A DNA stretch of 64,000 nucleotides, taken from contig MU061578.1 of the NCBI GenBank assembly GCA_013265495.1, positions 1,559,308 through 1,623,307 on the forward strand, given 5' to 3'. A program made the position numbers and the translations under genes. This DNA is from Vicugna vicugna (taxonomy: Eukaryota). The first letter of the stretch is position 1. Each line of letters starts with the position of its first letter. Of this stretch, positions 51,210-64,000 are shown piece after piece. Below the pieces are notes generated by a model that made no database searches, was not told the origin of the DNA, and was given only the letters and a program-made list of their open reading frames with translations.

Positions 51210-51500
51210 GGACTAAAAGCACAGGCAGGAAAAAGAAACAAACAGACACACTGGACTTGATCAAAATTGACAACTTTCCTGACTCACAGGACATGAGGGA
51301 CAGAGCAAAGAGGCAATCCACAGAACGGGAGAAAATATTCACAAATCGCTTATCTGATTCAGGATTGATATGCAGAATATATAGGGAGCACCTAGAACTC
51401 AATCACTACCACCAAACCCAATTAAAATATAGGCAAAGGACTTGAGTAGCTATTTCTCCCAAGAATAGATACAAATGGGCAACAAAGAACTTAGGAACTA
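51210..51500 (+). mobile_element. Old L1 ORF2 fragment
   Basis: ORF 51257 (IKIDNF...KRQSTEREKIFTNRLSDSGLICRIYREHLELN) is degenerate L1 ORF2. Confidence 0.85.
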
Positions 51501-52299
51501 AATCGTGGAGGGTAATGAAATCTATTCCTCTCCTTGTGCCAAGTGCAGCTGCTCCCCACGTCACTCTGTGATCCCTGTCCCTCGTCTTCTGAGAGAATAG
51601 CCGTTTATCTGAACACTCTAAATTGATTTGACCCTCACACGCTGGCAAGGTCACTGTACTTTGCAAGGCAGGATCCTGGGTTCCACCCTCTCCAACATGC
51701 TCTTTTTGAGTTAAACCCAACCATATCTTTTCTACTTTCTTTCTCTTGTCCTCAACGAACACATCCGGGAGAGTTAGTTAAGATGGAGCCAACTCTATAG
51801 ACCTGATGCCATCCCTGCTCTGTGTAGACCTGTGACTGTGCCCGAGCAACCTGGTCCAAAGGCTCAGATTGGGGGGACAGAAGGGAAGAATTTAAAACAT
51901 CCCCTTGAAGCTCTGTACCAGAGCTGACTTCGGGTATGGAGTGCTTGCAAAGCTATTAATGGAATGTTCCTAAGAGTTCTATCCTAGTCCTGCTCTTTGC
52001 ATCTGGAATTCTCTTAGGATCCCTACAGGAGGCAAGAGAACTGGCAAAGACTGATTCATGGCTCTCCTCTGCTCTGCCCAGACCAAGATACCAACAAAAG
52101 CACAAGACTTTCAACTTAATCTCCATTACATAAAAACCAATGGTAGAGGAAACTCTCACAAAAGCCCATCAGGGAGGGCACCCCAGAAGAAACTTAAATG
52201 CTCAAGCGGTATCTTTCAAACGATATCCCAAGCTGGAATCACACTGGCCCAATCAGTCACTCAGCCAAAACGACTCTTCCATTTCATGATCTTTAAAAA

Positions 52300-53150
52300 A
52301 AAAAAAAAGTCCTAAATTGGATCTCTAATTCCTTTCTTTTCTTCAATTTAAAGCACAAAGGCTTCAGAATTGGGCAAAAGGGGTTATTTAAATCCCTAAG
52401 CTGTTGCTACTCTATAATTTCTGGTCTGACACAAAAGTTTTAAAACATTTTTCCCCCTTTCATTCCTCTGTTTTCAATGCCCTTTCTCAAGGAGTAACTA
52501 CAGCTCTGACTATAATCACATTTAAGAGGCTATATTTTCACACGTTTTTCTGATTCAGAGCATTACCGGAGGGACTTTGTTTAGTCATATTAGAAGCTTT
52601 TTCATAGATCTAATTCCCCAGTTAATAGCCCCAGGTGTAATTCACAAGGGCAGCATTTAAGTTCCCCCAAAGGGGTGTTTTTTCCCCCCTTTCTTTCTTA
52701 CACTGTCTGTGTCCTTGATCCACATAAAAGGATATAATCTTGCTCGTTACTTATATTGTCTGTCTGCGAGGACGGATGTTTCATAACGGGGCTGTTTCTT
52801 AAATGGTAAATCTATAAACTTGTAATTCCATCAGGCCGAGATATTTAGGTGGATTCAGATTTGTCCTATTCCTTGTTTCAGCTCTGATTTCCCCAGAACT
52901 GATGACAGGTTTGTAAGTAATATTAACTGTCTTTTGTAGTAAATTACATCTTGTAATCACCGCCGCGCTCGTCCCTGGCCAGAGCAGTTATCAGCCGAAG
53001 CAAATAAAGGGTTTGGCGACTCCGCTATCTGTTTCCTTTCAGAATGCCAGAAGTCCTCTATAAACACGAGTGTGCGAAATGAGAGGTCATCTTTTGAAAG
53101 CTATAATAAAACATGATTGTAATGGAACATGTGACGGGCTGCTTAGCAGA
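52300..53150. promoter_or_regulatory. Putative conserved non-coding block
   Basis: Repeat-free, with TAAT motifs and retained CpGs (caccgccgcgctcgtcc; ttggcgactccgc). Confidence 0.3.
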
Positions 53151-53589
53151 GCAGCCTCCTGACAGGGGCTCAGCTGGAGCGAGATGCTGGGGGGGGGAGG
53201 GAGGGAAGGAAGGGGAACAAAGACTCTGGGAATTCTGTCTGCTGGATGTCCTGTGCATCAGCACCATGATTAATTTTAAGGAAACCATGTCTTGGAGAAG
53301 AATCAAAAAAAAAAAAAAATTAACCGGAGTCTGTGTCCCATCGAGTTGGGTCATGGGTCCTATGAGCGAGATGAGAAAAAAGAAACCAGAGAGCCAATGA
53401 AGGGCCCCCCAGGTTCCTTCCCTGACTATTCCAATGCCCCAGCCGTGACACCCAGGTTCTCTCTGTGGTGACGTGGGCTTTGGAAGATGATGATATCATC
53501 ACATACTACTTCGTGCCTTGCGTTGTATCCAACACTGGGCTTGCATTCTCCTGCTCAGTGTTGTTGATGGACACGTAACGACACTAACT

Positions 53590-53810
53590 GAGCATTTACT
53601 ATATGCTCAGTACTGGTCTCGCTGCCTCATATGTGTTAATGCACTGAATGCGTGCAGCGACACCAGCTAGGGGCTCATTACCTGCACTTGAAAAATGCAG
53701 GCATGAGAGCTGTATTAAGGTAAAGCGCCCGCTCCGGATGACCTCGCTAGGCGGGGAGCAACGGGATTTGAACCTGTACTCAACCGTCCCAGCTCTTAAC
53801 CACCCTGCCA
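53590..53810 (-). mobile_element. MIR SINE
   Basis: ctgagcatttactatatgc...gggatttgaacctg...agctcttaaccac. Confidence 0.6.
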
Positions 53811-53847
53811 CACTGACACTGAATGGTGTTAGGGACCTGTGAAGGGA

Positions 53848-54221
53848 TGTTACGGGCTGAAGGGTTATGTTGCCTGCCCAAACGTATATGTTGAAATCTT
53901 AACCCACCATGTGATGGTCATCGGAGGTGGCCTTTGGGAGGTGATTAGGTCGTGAGGGTGGAACCCTCACAAATGGGATTCGGGCCCTTATGAAAGAGAC
54001 CCTAGAGAGCTCCCTTGCTGCTTCCACCCTGTGAGGACACAGTGAGAAGACGGCTGTCCATGAACCAGAAATGCCACCCCACCCCCACCCTGCCAGACAC
54101 CAAATCTGCCTGTGCTTTGATCTTGGAATTCCAGCCTCCAGAACCATGAGGAATAAATTGCTGTTTATAAGCCACTTAATCTACAGTATTTTTGTCACAG
54201 CAGCCTGAGTGGACTCAGACA
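53848..54221 (+). mobile_element. MLT1A-like solo LTR
   Basis: tgttacgggctga...tatatgttgaaatcttaaccc...ccagcctccagaaccatgaggaataaattgctgtttataagccac...ggactcagaca. Confidence 0.9.
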
Positions 54222-54862
54222 ACAGGGTGCTATGATGAGCACTGTTTACAAAGGAAAAAGCTGAGTCTGTGCAGGAAGTAGGTGGCAGGAGTCCCCGAGC
54301 TGGCTGGATAATGGCAGTTCCTAACCACTGGGCCCTCCTGCTGCCTCCTCAGTGTCTGAGCCTCTCAGGTGTGCGGCTCGGTAGCTGTGCGCTTGTGAGC
54401 AAAGGCCCCTCGTTATCCCGAGGGACGCAGGGGATTCTGAGATGAATGCTGTGTGTCCCCGGGGTCCTTCAACTCACAAGCAAGGAAAAACCTAGGATTG
54501 GGAAACATTTGGGGAGGATCTTGCTTAGCTCAAACTCTGTCTCTGGAAGAAGATGCCCCTTCTACACTCGAGGTGACAACTGCACGAACACCCACAACCA
54601 TTAGAGGGCCCCTGGCTGGCTGCAGATTTAAAGTGGCTTCAACAACAGCAGATCTGCTTCATGTAAACTGCTGGGGAGCAGCGAGGAGAGCACAGTCAAC
54701 GCTATTCATGTTCTGGATGATGCTGTGGAACATGCTTCGATGTGAACATTGGATTGAAAGAGTAAAATCATTCAATACAAGTCCACGGATAATGCCAAAC
54801 ATCCACGTCCGATTATTTGGAACATACAGACTGGTATAGAGAAAAACATTTGAGAGTATTCA

Positions 54863-55642
54863 TCTCGCAGGGAGAAGCCGAGCAGGACCCCTGTGGGGCC
54901 CTCCCAAGTACCAAAGCCTTTCTGAGCCCCCCTCCCCTTTCTTGTTGGTAGGACGAAGGTTTCAGCCTCTCAGTTCTTCCCTGCGCTCCAAAGAGCAGAT
55001 TCCAACAATTACTAACGAGAGTGAGGGAATGCAGAAACAAAGGACAAACAGTCAAGAAGCAATAGGATGGCAGGAGGGTATAGCTCAGGGGTAGCGTGCT
55101 TGCCTAGCGAGGTGCTTGGTTCAAACCCCAGTCCCACCATTTAAATAAATAAACAAAACCTAACTACCGCCCCCCTCCCACACAAAAACTGTGTGTCGAT
55201 TTTACCTCAATAAAACTGGAAGGAAAAAAAAATTCAATAAGGCCTGGACCTAGCAATCTGACACAGATCTCTGAGTTCTTCCCCAGGGACTAGGGCCCAC
55301 CCAGGTGGAGGGGGGTGACTTCAGGCTGAGCACAAGCATGTATTCCCCAGCCTGGTTGGAACCAGAAGGCTGGTGATTGAGATTCCTGGACCACCACTCT
55401 GTCACCTCCCCACCAATCAGAGGAAGGCCACATACTCTGTAGACACTGGCCCCCACTCCCTGCCTGATTTTGCCTATAAATACTCTTCCTGGAAACCCAT
55501 CAGGGAGTTTGGGTCTTTTGAGCACAAGCCATCCATTCTCCTTGCTCAGCCCTGCAATAAACCTTTCCCTGCCCCCAACTCCCATGTTTCAGTGTGTTTG
55601 GCTTCCCTGTGCGTCAGGCATGTGAACTTGGGTTCGACAACA
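54863..55642 (+). mobile_element. ERV1 solo LTR with a SINE inserted
   Basis: CCAAT (caccaatcag), TATA (cctataaata), poly(A) signal (gcaataaacc); ends ttcgacaaca. Confidence 0.8.
55069..55188 (+). mobile_element. Vic-1-like SINE inside the LTR
   Basis: ggagggtatagctcaggggtag (A box)...ggttcaaacccc (B box)...aaataaataaacaaaacctaactaccgccccc. Confidence 0.85.
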
Positions 55643-56284
55643 TTTTGAGGTAGGTTTTTGCCCTCCATGCTGTAAATATATTTATAATCAGTATGATTAT
55701 ACCTTATGGTTTTACGGTTTGGCTTGCTTTCTGCCTTTTATTAGGAAATTCTTGTTTTGACACTAACTAAGTCTTAAGAACCATCATTTTGAATGGCCAC
55801 ATACTGTTTGATCATACGGATACATCATATTTATTTAACAAGTCCTCTCATATTGACATTTAAAGTGTTTCTCATTTTTTGCCATTATGCTTAATCGTGG
55901 GATAATCATCTTTGTATGCACCTGTCTGACCTTCCCTTTATTCCCGAAGGATTGATCACTAGGAGACAGCAAGAATATTGGTTGTATGATGTTATTGCAT
56001 CATTATTTGTAATAGCCAGTAAAGTCAACCAAAACGTTTATTTATCAGAGAATGGCTGGATAAGCCATGTCCAGACTTAATATAAAGTAATGTGCAGTCA
56101 TTCAAAATAGTAAGTTAAAACTTCCCCTCTGGGCACAAAAAGATGTCTTAGCATCTATGTGAATTTAAAAACCAGTTAAAAGCTATGTGCAAACTGGTGC
56201 CACTAAGAGACACTCCATATCTGTGGACACGTACACCGCACAAGGAAAACACACGAGTGTGTGGATATGTGTGTGCTTGTGTAT

Positions 56285-56810
56285 GCATAGACTATCTGTC
56301 ACCATGTCTTTAGCTACAAGCTGCAGAGAACTAAACCCGACCAACAGTGAGCACACCTACGAGGATATTAATTATGTCACCAACAGAGGTTCCAGAAAAT
56401 TGGCAGCCTTGTTTCTCAGCAACTCTCTGAGGCTCTTCCCACCTTTCTGTGCCACCATCTTCAGTCCAACAGACTTCCATCCTGAGGACTCCCTTCCTGG
56501 CACCCAGATGACCATGGCGGCTCCAACCATCAACACCACATCCAAAGGCAAGAAGCAGGTGGTAGTCAGTACAGCAAAAGATGAGCTTCTTATGCGATTT
56601 CTCCTTTTAAACTGGGGGAAAATCTGCCTAGACTTTCCATGGACTTCTTGATGATATGCCTTATCAGCCAGAACTGATAAGGATCCACATCCCCAGTAAG
56701 AAGGGAGCTGTGATCTTGAGGTTTTCAAGGTGGTTATGGAAGGAAGAGAAAGAAAGGAAGAGGCCAGGATGGCTTTGGGGTATACAACTGACAAACCTGC
56801 CTACAAAATA
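56285..56810 (-). mobile_element. Old MLT1 (K/L-like) LTR remnant
   Basis: tctttagctacaagctgcagagaactaaacc terminus and ccatggcggctccaaccatc motifs. Confidence 0.45.
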
Positions 56811-57274
56811 AATACATAAATTAATTAAAAGCCTGGTTGAATAGGCACCAAACTACTTCTTTACCTACCCTTGGATACTGGAGTCTATATGAAGATTAAA
56901 GAATTTTCCCTAATAATTAACAGAATTGACTAGGTTACCCTGTATATAACAGATGTAAACTACTTTTACAATTTCTCTGGCAAAAGGAAAGGAAAGAACA
57001 TGGTATTCCTAGTGGCAGTTATGATGACAAATGGTCACGGTAGGGGGCAAAAAAAATCAGATTTTTATCAAGTTGAAAAAAAGCCTGTCCGGGAAGTCTC
57101 CCTCTTGAAAGCCCATTCATTCAGAAAACTATAGCAGTGGCAGAAAGCAGTGGCTGCCAATGATGAATTTAAAGCTGGGCATATGTGTGTGTGTGCATGT
57201 ATGCATGAATGTACTAGGAATATATAGCTTTACATCTATATTTATCTAACTATCTCTATAAAACAAAATGATCC

Positions 57275-58120
57275 TCAGTGCCATTAATCATCAGGGAAAC
57301 ACAAATCAAAACTACAATGATATCCTAGCTCACACCCACCAGAATGGCTTTCATCCGAAAGACAGACAATAACAAATGTTGGTGAGGATGTGGAGAAATT
57401 GGAAGCCTTAGATATTGTGGCTGAGAATGTAAAATGGTGCAGCCACTTTGGAAAACGGCTTGGCAGTTCTTCAAAATGTTAAACATAGAGTTAGTATGGG
57501 ACTCAGAGAATTCCACTGCTGGGTAAATATCCAAGATAAATGAATGTATGTCCACAGAAGTACTTGGACATAAATGTTCATAGACCATTACTCAGAACAG
57601 TGAAAAGGTGGAAATCCAAAGGTCCGTCAGCTGATAAGTGAACAAACAAAATATGGTATATTCAAATAATGGAATATTATTTGGCTGCCAAAAAGGACTA
57701 AATTTCTGATATATGCTATAATATGGAACCTTGAAAACAATATGTTAAGTGAAAGAAGTTAGACACAAAAGACCACATATTGTATTAATCCATTTATTAA
57801 AAAAAATACCTAGAATGGGCAAATTAATATAGACATAAAGTAGAAATGCTGGTCATTTAGGACTCGGGGGTGGAGTAGGGTGGGAAGGGGTAGGGATTGA
57901 GTACTAATGAGTACAGGGTTTTATTCTGGGGTGATGAAAATATCCTTATGATTTACTTATTATTATACTTATTTACTTATTATATAGCTTAGATTATGTG
58001 GATATTTGCCCAACTCTGTGAATATAATGAAAAGCACTGAATTGTACACTTTAAATGGTGGATTCTGTGGCATATAAACACCACATGGTATGAGAATCTC
58101 AAGAAATATGTTTAAAAAAA
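57275..58120 (+). mobile_element. Old L1 (L1MB/MC-like) ORF2 end and 3'UTR
   Basis: caaatcaaaactacaatga...aacaaatgttggtgaggatgtggagaaattgg...gcactgaattgtacactttaaatgg. Confidence 0.9.
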
Positions 58121-61064
58121 GTTCAAAGATTTGTGTGTATGGGTACCTGGATTTGCACAGTGCACAACCTGACCACACTTACTTAATAGTCTTAGCCCTT
58201 TCATGTTGGCCTGAACAGTTTAAAAGATGAATTAGTACCTATAATTAGAAACTAGGAAGATTTCATGTTAAAAAAACTAGATATTGGGCTTTTTTTTTTT
58301 TAAAAAATCAGAATATCTGGCCCTAGGTCCTTCATCCTTACACGTCCACAGACTAGTAGAGCTGAGTAGCTTTGTCAGCTGGTACATTTACTGTCCAGTT
58401 TGCCACAGACCCCACCACTCCCTTTTATACCCTAACCTAAAATTAACAGTCCACTGCCATTTACAATCACATGTGTACTCCTATTTTTCTTGTGAAATTG
58501 TTAAGAACTAGTGAAATGTTTGATCTGGGCTGCTTCCCCAAGGCCCCATATCTGGCTGTATGGATTGTTCTTGTGAATCCTGAATGCCACGTTTCCTCCT
58601 TCATTTACCAGGACCCAAAAATGTTTATTTGCTGATTGTACCTTCCCGGGCACTTTATCCTCTCACTAGACAAAGGATCTGTCTGTATCTGTTCTTGATA
58701 AGGTCCTGTCATTCCTTATGAATTGCTTCTCCACTTCAATATGATGAGGACGTGTTCCGTGGATACAGATCAACTCAAGTGCCCTCAAACAGTCTTATGC
58801 TCCCTGGGTAGTTAATAAATATTCAATCCAAGCTGTAACATTGGAGGAGGGAGGCTGCAGTCCTCCACTGTGCAAGACAGATCGGAAATGCTAAATTAGA
58901 CAAAAGCAGTGGGGTAGGGTGGGGTCTGCGATCCCAGTAAAAGCTAGGCAGTGGGAGAAAAACAGCCTATAAACGTTCCCTAAATTTCAATCATTCATGG
59001 ACTGCCTTCCCTGTGCTGCCAAAGCAGTGGTCCTCATCTAAAATCTGACATATGCTCACACCACCTGCCTTTTTATTTACTAACCAATTACTCTTAACCA
59101 CACGTTCCAGGGCTGCTGCATGGCATGTCTTTGTCCAACAAAGAAAAGCAAAATAAAATCTTACTTCTTCCAAACAATTCACTTTTTTATTCAAAAAAAC
59201 AATTTTTTTAAAATTAAAAAGGAACTCCTGTAAGACTACCATAAATTAAAAAAAAAAAGAGGAATGTAATCATAAAGAGAAGGTAACTATAAAGACAAAA
59301 TCAACCCCGACAAAACAATGTGAGTCAAGTCCCACTAGATCCCACTGCCAGCCTGAGGTCTAACTCTCCCTTTATTACAAGAGAGACTGGAAAAGCTCAT
59401 TCAAGGTTAACTATCACCAAAATGAACATTTCCTCCTAAGGTAATCAGAAGGCTCATAAGAGAAATGAAAGGCTGATCACTTCCTTGCTCTGTGATTCTA
59501 GATTATTTTAATCCTTTCTTTAAACATCTAAATTCATTGCATGACCCCCAATGAATCCATGCTGCATTTTGAGCAACATATCCTGGGGAACAGCTAAGGA
59601 TGCAGCGGAGCAAGAAGGACGCATGTGAGGGGACGGCCCACCGATCCACCCACCGTCCCACACTTGCTAAACCCACAAGGAGTAAAGGAAGTCAGCAACG
59701 TGCCTTAATGAGTGAGAGAAATGGAATTCCAACATTAATTTCCAGGGTAGATTTGCCTGTAGGAGAGTAAGCCCACAGACCTGTTGCATCTGCCTTCGGA
59801 GCTCTCTGTGCAAGCATACATGCGCACACACACCGAGGCACACACAGTGTTACTCAGGGGACTATATAAGCTTCAGGGCCAGAAAGGCATGCAGATTCCA
59901 TTACTTAGTAGCTGGGCCTCAGTTTCTCCATATGTTAAGTGGGGATAAAAATACTCATCATGGAAGATGATTATAATTAATATGTATGCAACATCCGCCT
60001 TGCTACCAAGCACTCCATCAGAGCCTAGAAAACATTGTTCCTGTATTGAAATACTGTAAAGCAAAGCTAAAGGATGAACAGGAAAAAAAAAACGAAATTG
60101 GAGAGATGTGTTTGAAATACAGACTTAGTGAATCTTCCTGCCCTGTGATCTGCAGCTTCCAACTAAACTCTGAATCTCCAATTATATGTACATGAAACAG
60201 TACACAAATGTCAAATTTTATAATTAGCAGCTATCTGATTAGCTAGTAGGATGAAGTCACCCAGGTCATACAGCATGTGAGCTGATCTATCTGCAGTTGA
60301 ACCAGTTATAAATACAAAAATCCAGTTTTGCAAAGCCAATGCATTTTCTGAGCTAATTTTATGAATTCCTCCAAAAGGGTTTCTGGGAATACAAGATGAT
60401 CTGCTAATCTTACTTTAAGTAGTGAGCTTTGTTCGTGCATTTAAAATACATCTCTTTCTTTATTTAGAATTGTAGACCCTGCCTTCTGGGCAATTTTCAA
60501 GTTAAACATAACAACGCAAGTTAAGGATAGAAACTGAGCAGTAGAGCGAGCAGACGGTATCAGAAAGTTGTAGGTAAGGACTTCAGTGCCCACTGTGTGT
60601 GTTGCAGCAGCTGAGACTAAGACTGAAAGAGATTTGGGACAGTTTCCAGCAGCCCCAAAGCCTGCGTGGTCTGTCCTCCCTGCCCCACCAACAAAGCCTC
60701 AGGCGGGAAGAGTCCCCGCGGTTGTGGATAGAAGGGACTCTGTAGAATATACTGAACATACTGAACATAGTCCCTTCAATTATTATGTATTTATTATATA
60801 ATATGTAGTGTACCCATTCTTAGAGAAAAAAATCCAAGTGTAATCATGGCACTTACTACGTTCCATTTATTTGCATCCAAATATTCACCCAGGACTCCCA
60901 TGTTGGCTATGTCTATGGTCATGATGGGTCTGCATCTGCAAGGTTCACATAGATGGTGATATGCATGCATGTGTATCAGTCACTAACATGCAGGGGGAAA
61001 TGGAGAGCATGTTGCTTCCTGTACCAGCAGCCAAGGGCAACCTCTCAGCCCGGCATCTCACCTG

Positions 61065-61450
61065 TTGTGGTGGGCGGGGTGGTCCCCTAATCTCTGGAAG
61101 CTGTGAATATGTTATGTAACATGGCAAAAGGGACTCAGATACAATTAAGTTTACAGAAATTAAAATAGGGAGATTATAATTGATTAAGTCTAATTTAATT
61201 ATGCAAACCCTTAAAGAAAAGGAATGCTCTCTGGTAGTAGGTAAGAGTAATGAGCCAGAAAGGGAGATGAGAGCAGGAGAAGGGCTTGACCCATCACTGC
61301 TGGCTTTGAAGGTCCAGGGTAATCACAAGCCAAAGAATGGGGGCGATCTCTAGCAGCTAAGAGCGATCCTGGGCCAGCAGCTAGCAAGGGATCAGGGAAA
61401 CTGAAACTGCCATTCATATGAGAAAAACAGGCCCATGCCATCCTGAGACA
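61065..61450 (+). mobile_element. MLT1D/E-like LTR fragment
   Basis: tgtgaatatgttatgtaacatggcaaaagggact...cactgctggctttgaag...cacaagccaaagaatggggg. Confidence 0.7.
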
Positions 61451-61894
61451 TCTGAAAGTGTGGTTTCATTTGGTCTGGGTTGGGTGTCAGAGATGACTGC
61501 CCTGAGAAAATGACGTCTTAGCACAACTCCAAAGGATAGGGGAGCCCACTCGGTGAAAGCAGAGAAGACCAAATGTTGCACGCAAGTCAATAATACACAG
61601 TCCTCATGTAAACAGAGACCTACTCTGAAGATGAGAGATGGAGGGTCCATTTTTTTTTAAATGGAGCGAGGTGACAAGAGAGGCAGAAGGAGAGAAGCCC
61701 GAAACTGGAAATCTGGGTTCTATTCTCACTGTTTCAGTATAATTGTGACTCAGTCCCTAGTCTTGGTTTCCTCACTGCTGCAATGTCAGAGGAGGGCTGT
61801 ACGAATTCCAAACGCTTTTTACCATCCTCAGAAGTCCCACATTTCTACATCATCATCTTCAGGGAGAGACAGGATGAACAGATACAAATGATGT

Positions 61895-62550
61895 TAGCAA
61901 TTGCAACAACTAACGCATTCTACCGAGCACCTACTTGTGATCAGACACTGAGCTAAATATTTTCCATCAATTATCTTGTTGAAGCCTCATAACAAGCCGT
62001 AAGTTTGTGTGACAGCAAAGGGTGGATGAATCTGGCTCACTGATTAGTGTGAGCTCCCCGACTCTGCACACACGCGGGGATGGCAATTCGTGATCCCCTG
62101 AGTTCTGACGCTACTCTATGGCCCACGTTGGCCACCGAGGTGTGAGCAGAACTGATGGGGGCCACTTCATGGCTGAGCATTGGTTTTGGCACTCCACCCT
62201 CTGGAAGACTCTTTTTCCTCTGCTGAGGTGACCACTGATAATTTATATGGTGGATTCTCCGTAAGCCTAGGTCTTGGACTGTGTCTGACATGGGGCGTGG
62301 CGCATGGAGTAGATGAAAACTGCCCTTTTGTTATTTGAAGCTAGTAAGCTGCGGGGCTAAATGTTACTGCAGCATATCCTAGCTTACCCTGTCTAGCAGT
62401 TACATTCATCCCCTTCCTACAAATGCCAAAACCGAGTTCAGAGAGGTCCGGCAACTTCTCAAGGTGAAGAAAACGGAAGTGGTAGAGTCCGCGTTTGGAC
62501 TCGTGCAGTCTGACTCCAGGCCCTTTCATCCTAATCATGACACTGAGCTA
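61895..62550 (-). mobile_element. MIR fragments (about 61895-62010 and 62400-62550)
   Basis: taccgagcacctacttgtg...cctcataacaa; gttcagagagg...aacttctcaagg...cagtctgactccagg. Confidence 0.55.
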
Positions 62551-63769
62551 AACGTGTGAATGTATGACCCACTGGCCACTGGCCATTTTTAAGAGTTGTG
62601 TGATTCTTACCATAAAAAATGCACCCATCAGTCGGGCATGCATGTTCCTGCATCAGGAAACAAATGCTCTCACTGATTCTAACACAACCATCCCAGGGCC
62701 CTTTGGCAATAGCTCAGAGGAACTTCAGGAAATTGACACCTGAAGACACCCCCCCTTCCCATTTTCTAGACAGATTCCCAGTATGCATGTAAATATCCTC
62801 TGAATTCAAAGAGGAAGAGGCCTCCAGCTAGGCACAATAAAGCCAATTTAGCTTCTTAAGTTGAGAACTGCTTTGTGAAATAATCCTGTAGAACTCTCCA
62901 CTAAATGAGTTACCAACTAGTCACATGGGGCTTTCATTGAATTTACTCCTGAAAGCTATAAAGGACAATTGTCTCTGAACCAGGTACATCAAATACAGGC
63001 CTGCTACTGTGTAAAAGCTTGGAATGCTACGCCACCCACACACACAAAGAAAATTAGCTTTTGATTGAAAGGAAGCACTATTGAAAAACCCCAGGGGAGG
63101 AAAAAGAAACAGCATAAATGAAATGACACCTACAGGCAAATCCAATGGTTCAGGCCGTTTGGCTAAGGACTTCCTTAGTGTGAAAAGGGGAGGAGGAAAA
63201 AAGTACAATTTCTGAGGATCATGAAAGATAATCGAAGCAAATCAAAGGAAAAGTAGCCGCTCTTGAAATTCTAAACAAGGGGAGTTGAACTGCGCCATGT
63301 GGACGTAAGAGAAATGTTCTCCATGCTCCACTCTGAGTAGCAGTTAACGCTGGGGAAACGGCCACATACGCGCAAGCAAGGTTTTCATTCTTCTCTCAGC
63401 TCTCATTATTCCAGTGGTGTCTTTTCTCTTTACTTTCAGGTTTTTACTTTTTTCATTTTTAAAAAAGACTCTAACCTAACACAGAGCTACTTCTTAGTCT
63501 TCCAAACTTTCGAAGAAGGGGAGGGAGCATTGCAACCACAGATACTACTGGTGTTTTTCGTCTTCAACTTACGACATAACTGCAGGCAGAGTTCTAATAA
63601 TTTTTGCTCAATACTGTCAAAGTGTATTTTCTTTTCTGGCAGCAACGTTCCAACTGGGTTCTGTGGTTCTGCTGCAACAGTACAGCCAGTAGTCGGGTTG
63701 ATTTTATTTTAAATGCAACGAGCACGGTAGAATTAGGAAGACACAATTTCATTACTGTCAGTGCAGTAA

Positions 63770-64000
63770 CCAGTTCCAATAAGGATATTCCACTGGGGAA
63801 AGGTTGATGAAGAAGAGGATATTTATGTAGTCTCTCAAAGTACAGGCCCCCAGATTACTTCCTCGTTACCAGACTAGCTCGTACTGGGGAGAGCGGCCAG
63901 TTACCCTGTGATCAAGTTTACTCTCGTCAACAATGAAACAAACTGACAGGTAGGGCCGCCCAACATAACACGGTGGGATCTACTCAACATCACCTGTGTG
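63770..64000 (+). mobile_element. Ancient L1 (L1MC/MD-like) 3'UTR fragment, with a related-looking piece at about 44930-45200
   Basis: ggatatttatgtagtctctcaaagta...gtgatcaagtttactctcgtcaacaatg...ctcaacatcac. Confidence 0.5.

Larger units (their letters stand above)
1..64000 (-). other. RBFOX1: Portion of a very large minus-strand gene, probably the RBFOX1 5' region (introns flanking the 48-nt exon)
   Basis: Only one strong internal exon in 64 kb, on the minus strand. Its 48-nt length and sequence match my recollection of the RBFOX1 5' exon. Most LTR elements lie on the plus strand, the antisense bias expected inside a minus-strand gene. Identity is by recall, not alignment. Confidence 0.8.

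Noticed and set aside
57866..57896. Canonical G-quadruplex motif
   Set aside because: It lies in the G-rich part of an old L1 3'UTR, a common feature with no locus-specific meaning.

Overview
Mammalian, non-prokaryotic DNA, most likely camelid, judged from Vic-1-like tRNA-derived SINEs. The window is almost entirely intronic and repeat-rich. The one clear exon is 48 nt on the minus strand at 3527-3574 (tctcag|GATATC...AGAAAG|gtaagt; reads DIKADCSTCVEIEDRK). From memory it matches the 48-nt 5' exon of RBFOX1, so the window probably lies in the very large 5' introns of RBFOX1, transcribed right to left; this was not checked by alignment. About 11 kb upstream, at 14832-14912, an ATG-led 27-codon frame ends at a CAG|GTGAGG donor in phase with the 48-nt exon, making it a candidate alternative first exon. 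A triplicated SINE rich in RBFOX (U)GCAUG motifs lies beside it. Also present: a decayed ~6.5 kb ERV1 (MER34/MER4-group-like) provirus at 17138-23651 with two nested solo LTRs and a gag remnant; L1, L2, MIR, MLT1 and MER relics; a recent 282-bp tandem duplication; a 19-bp minisatellite; and several repeat-free TAAT-rich blocks that resemble conserved enhancers. Nearly all ORF-track entries are spurious. I found no convincing wholly new biological system. Repeat names and boundaries come from visual recognition and are approximate unless a TSD is quoted.
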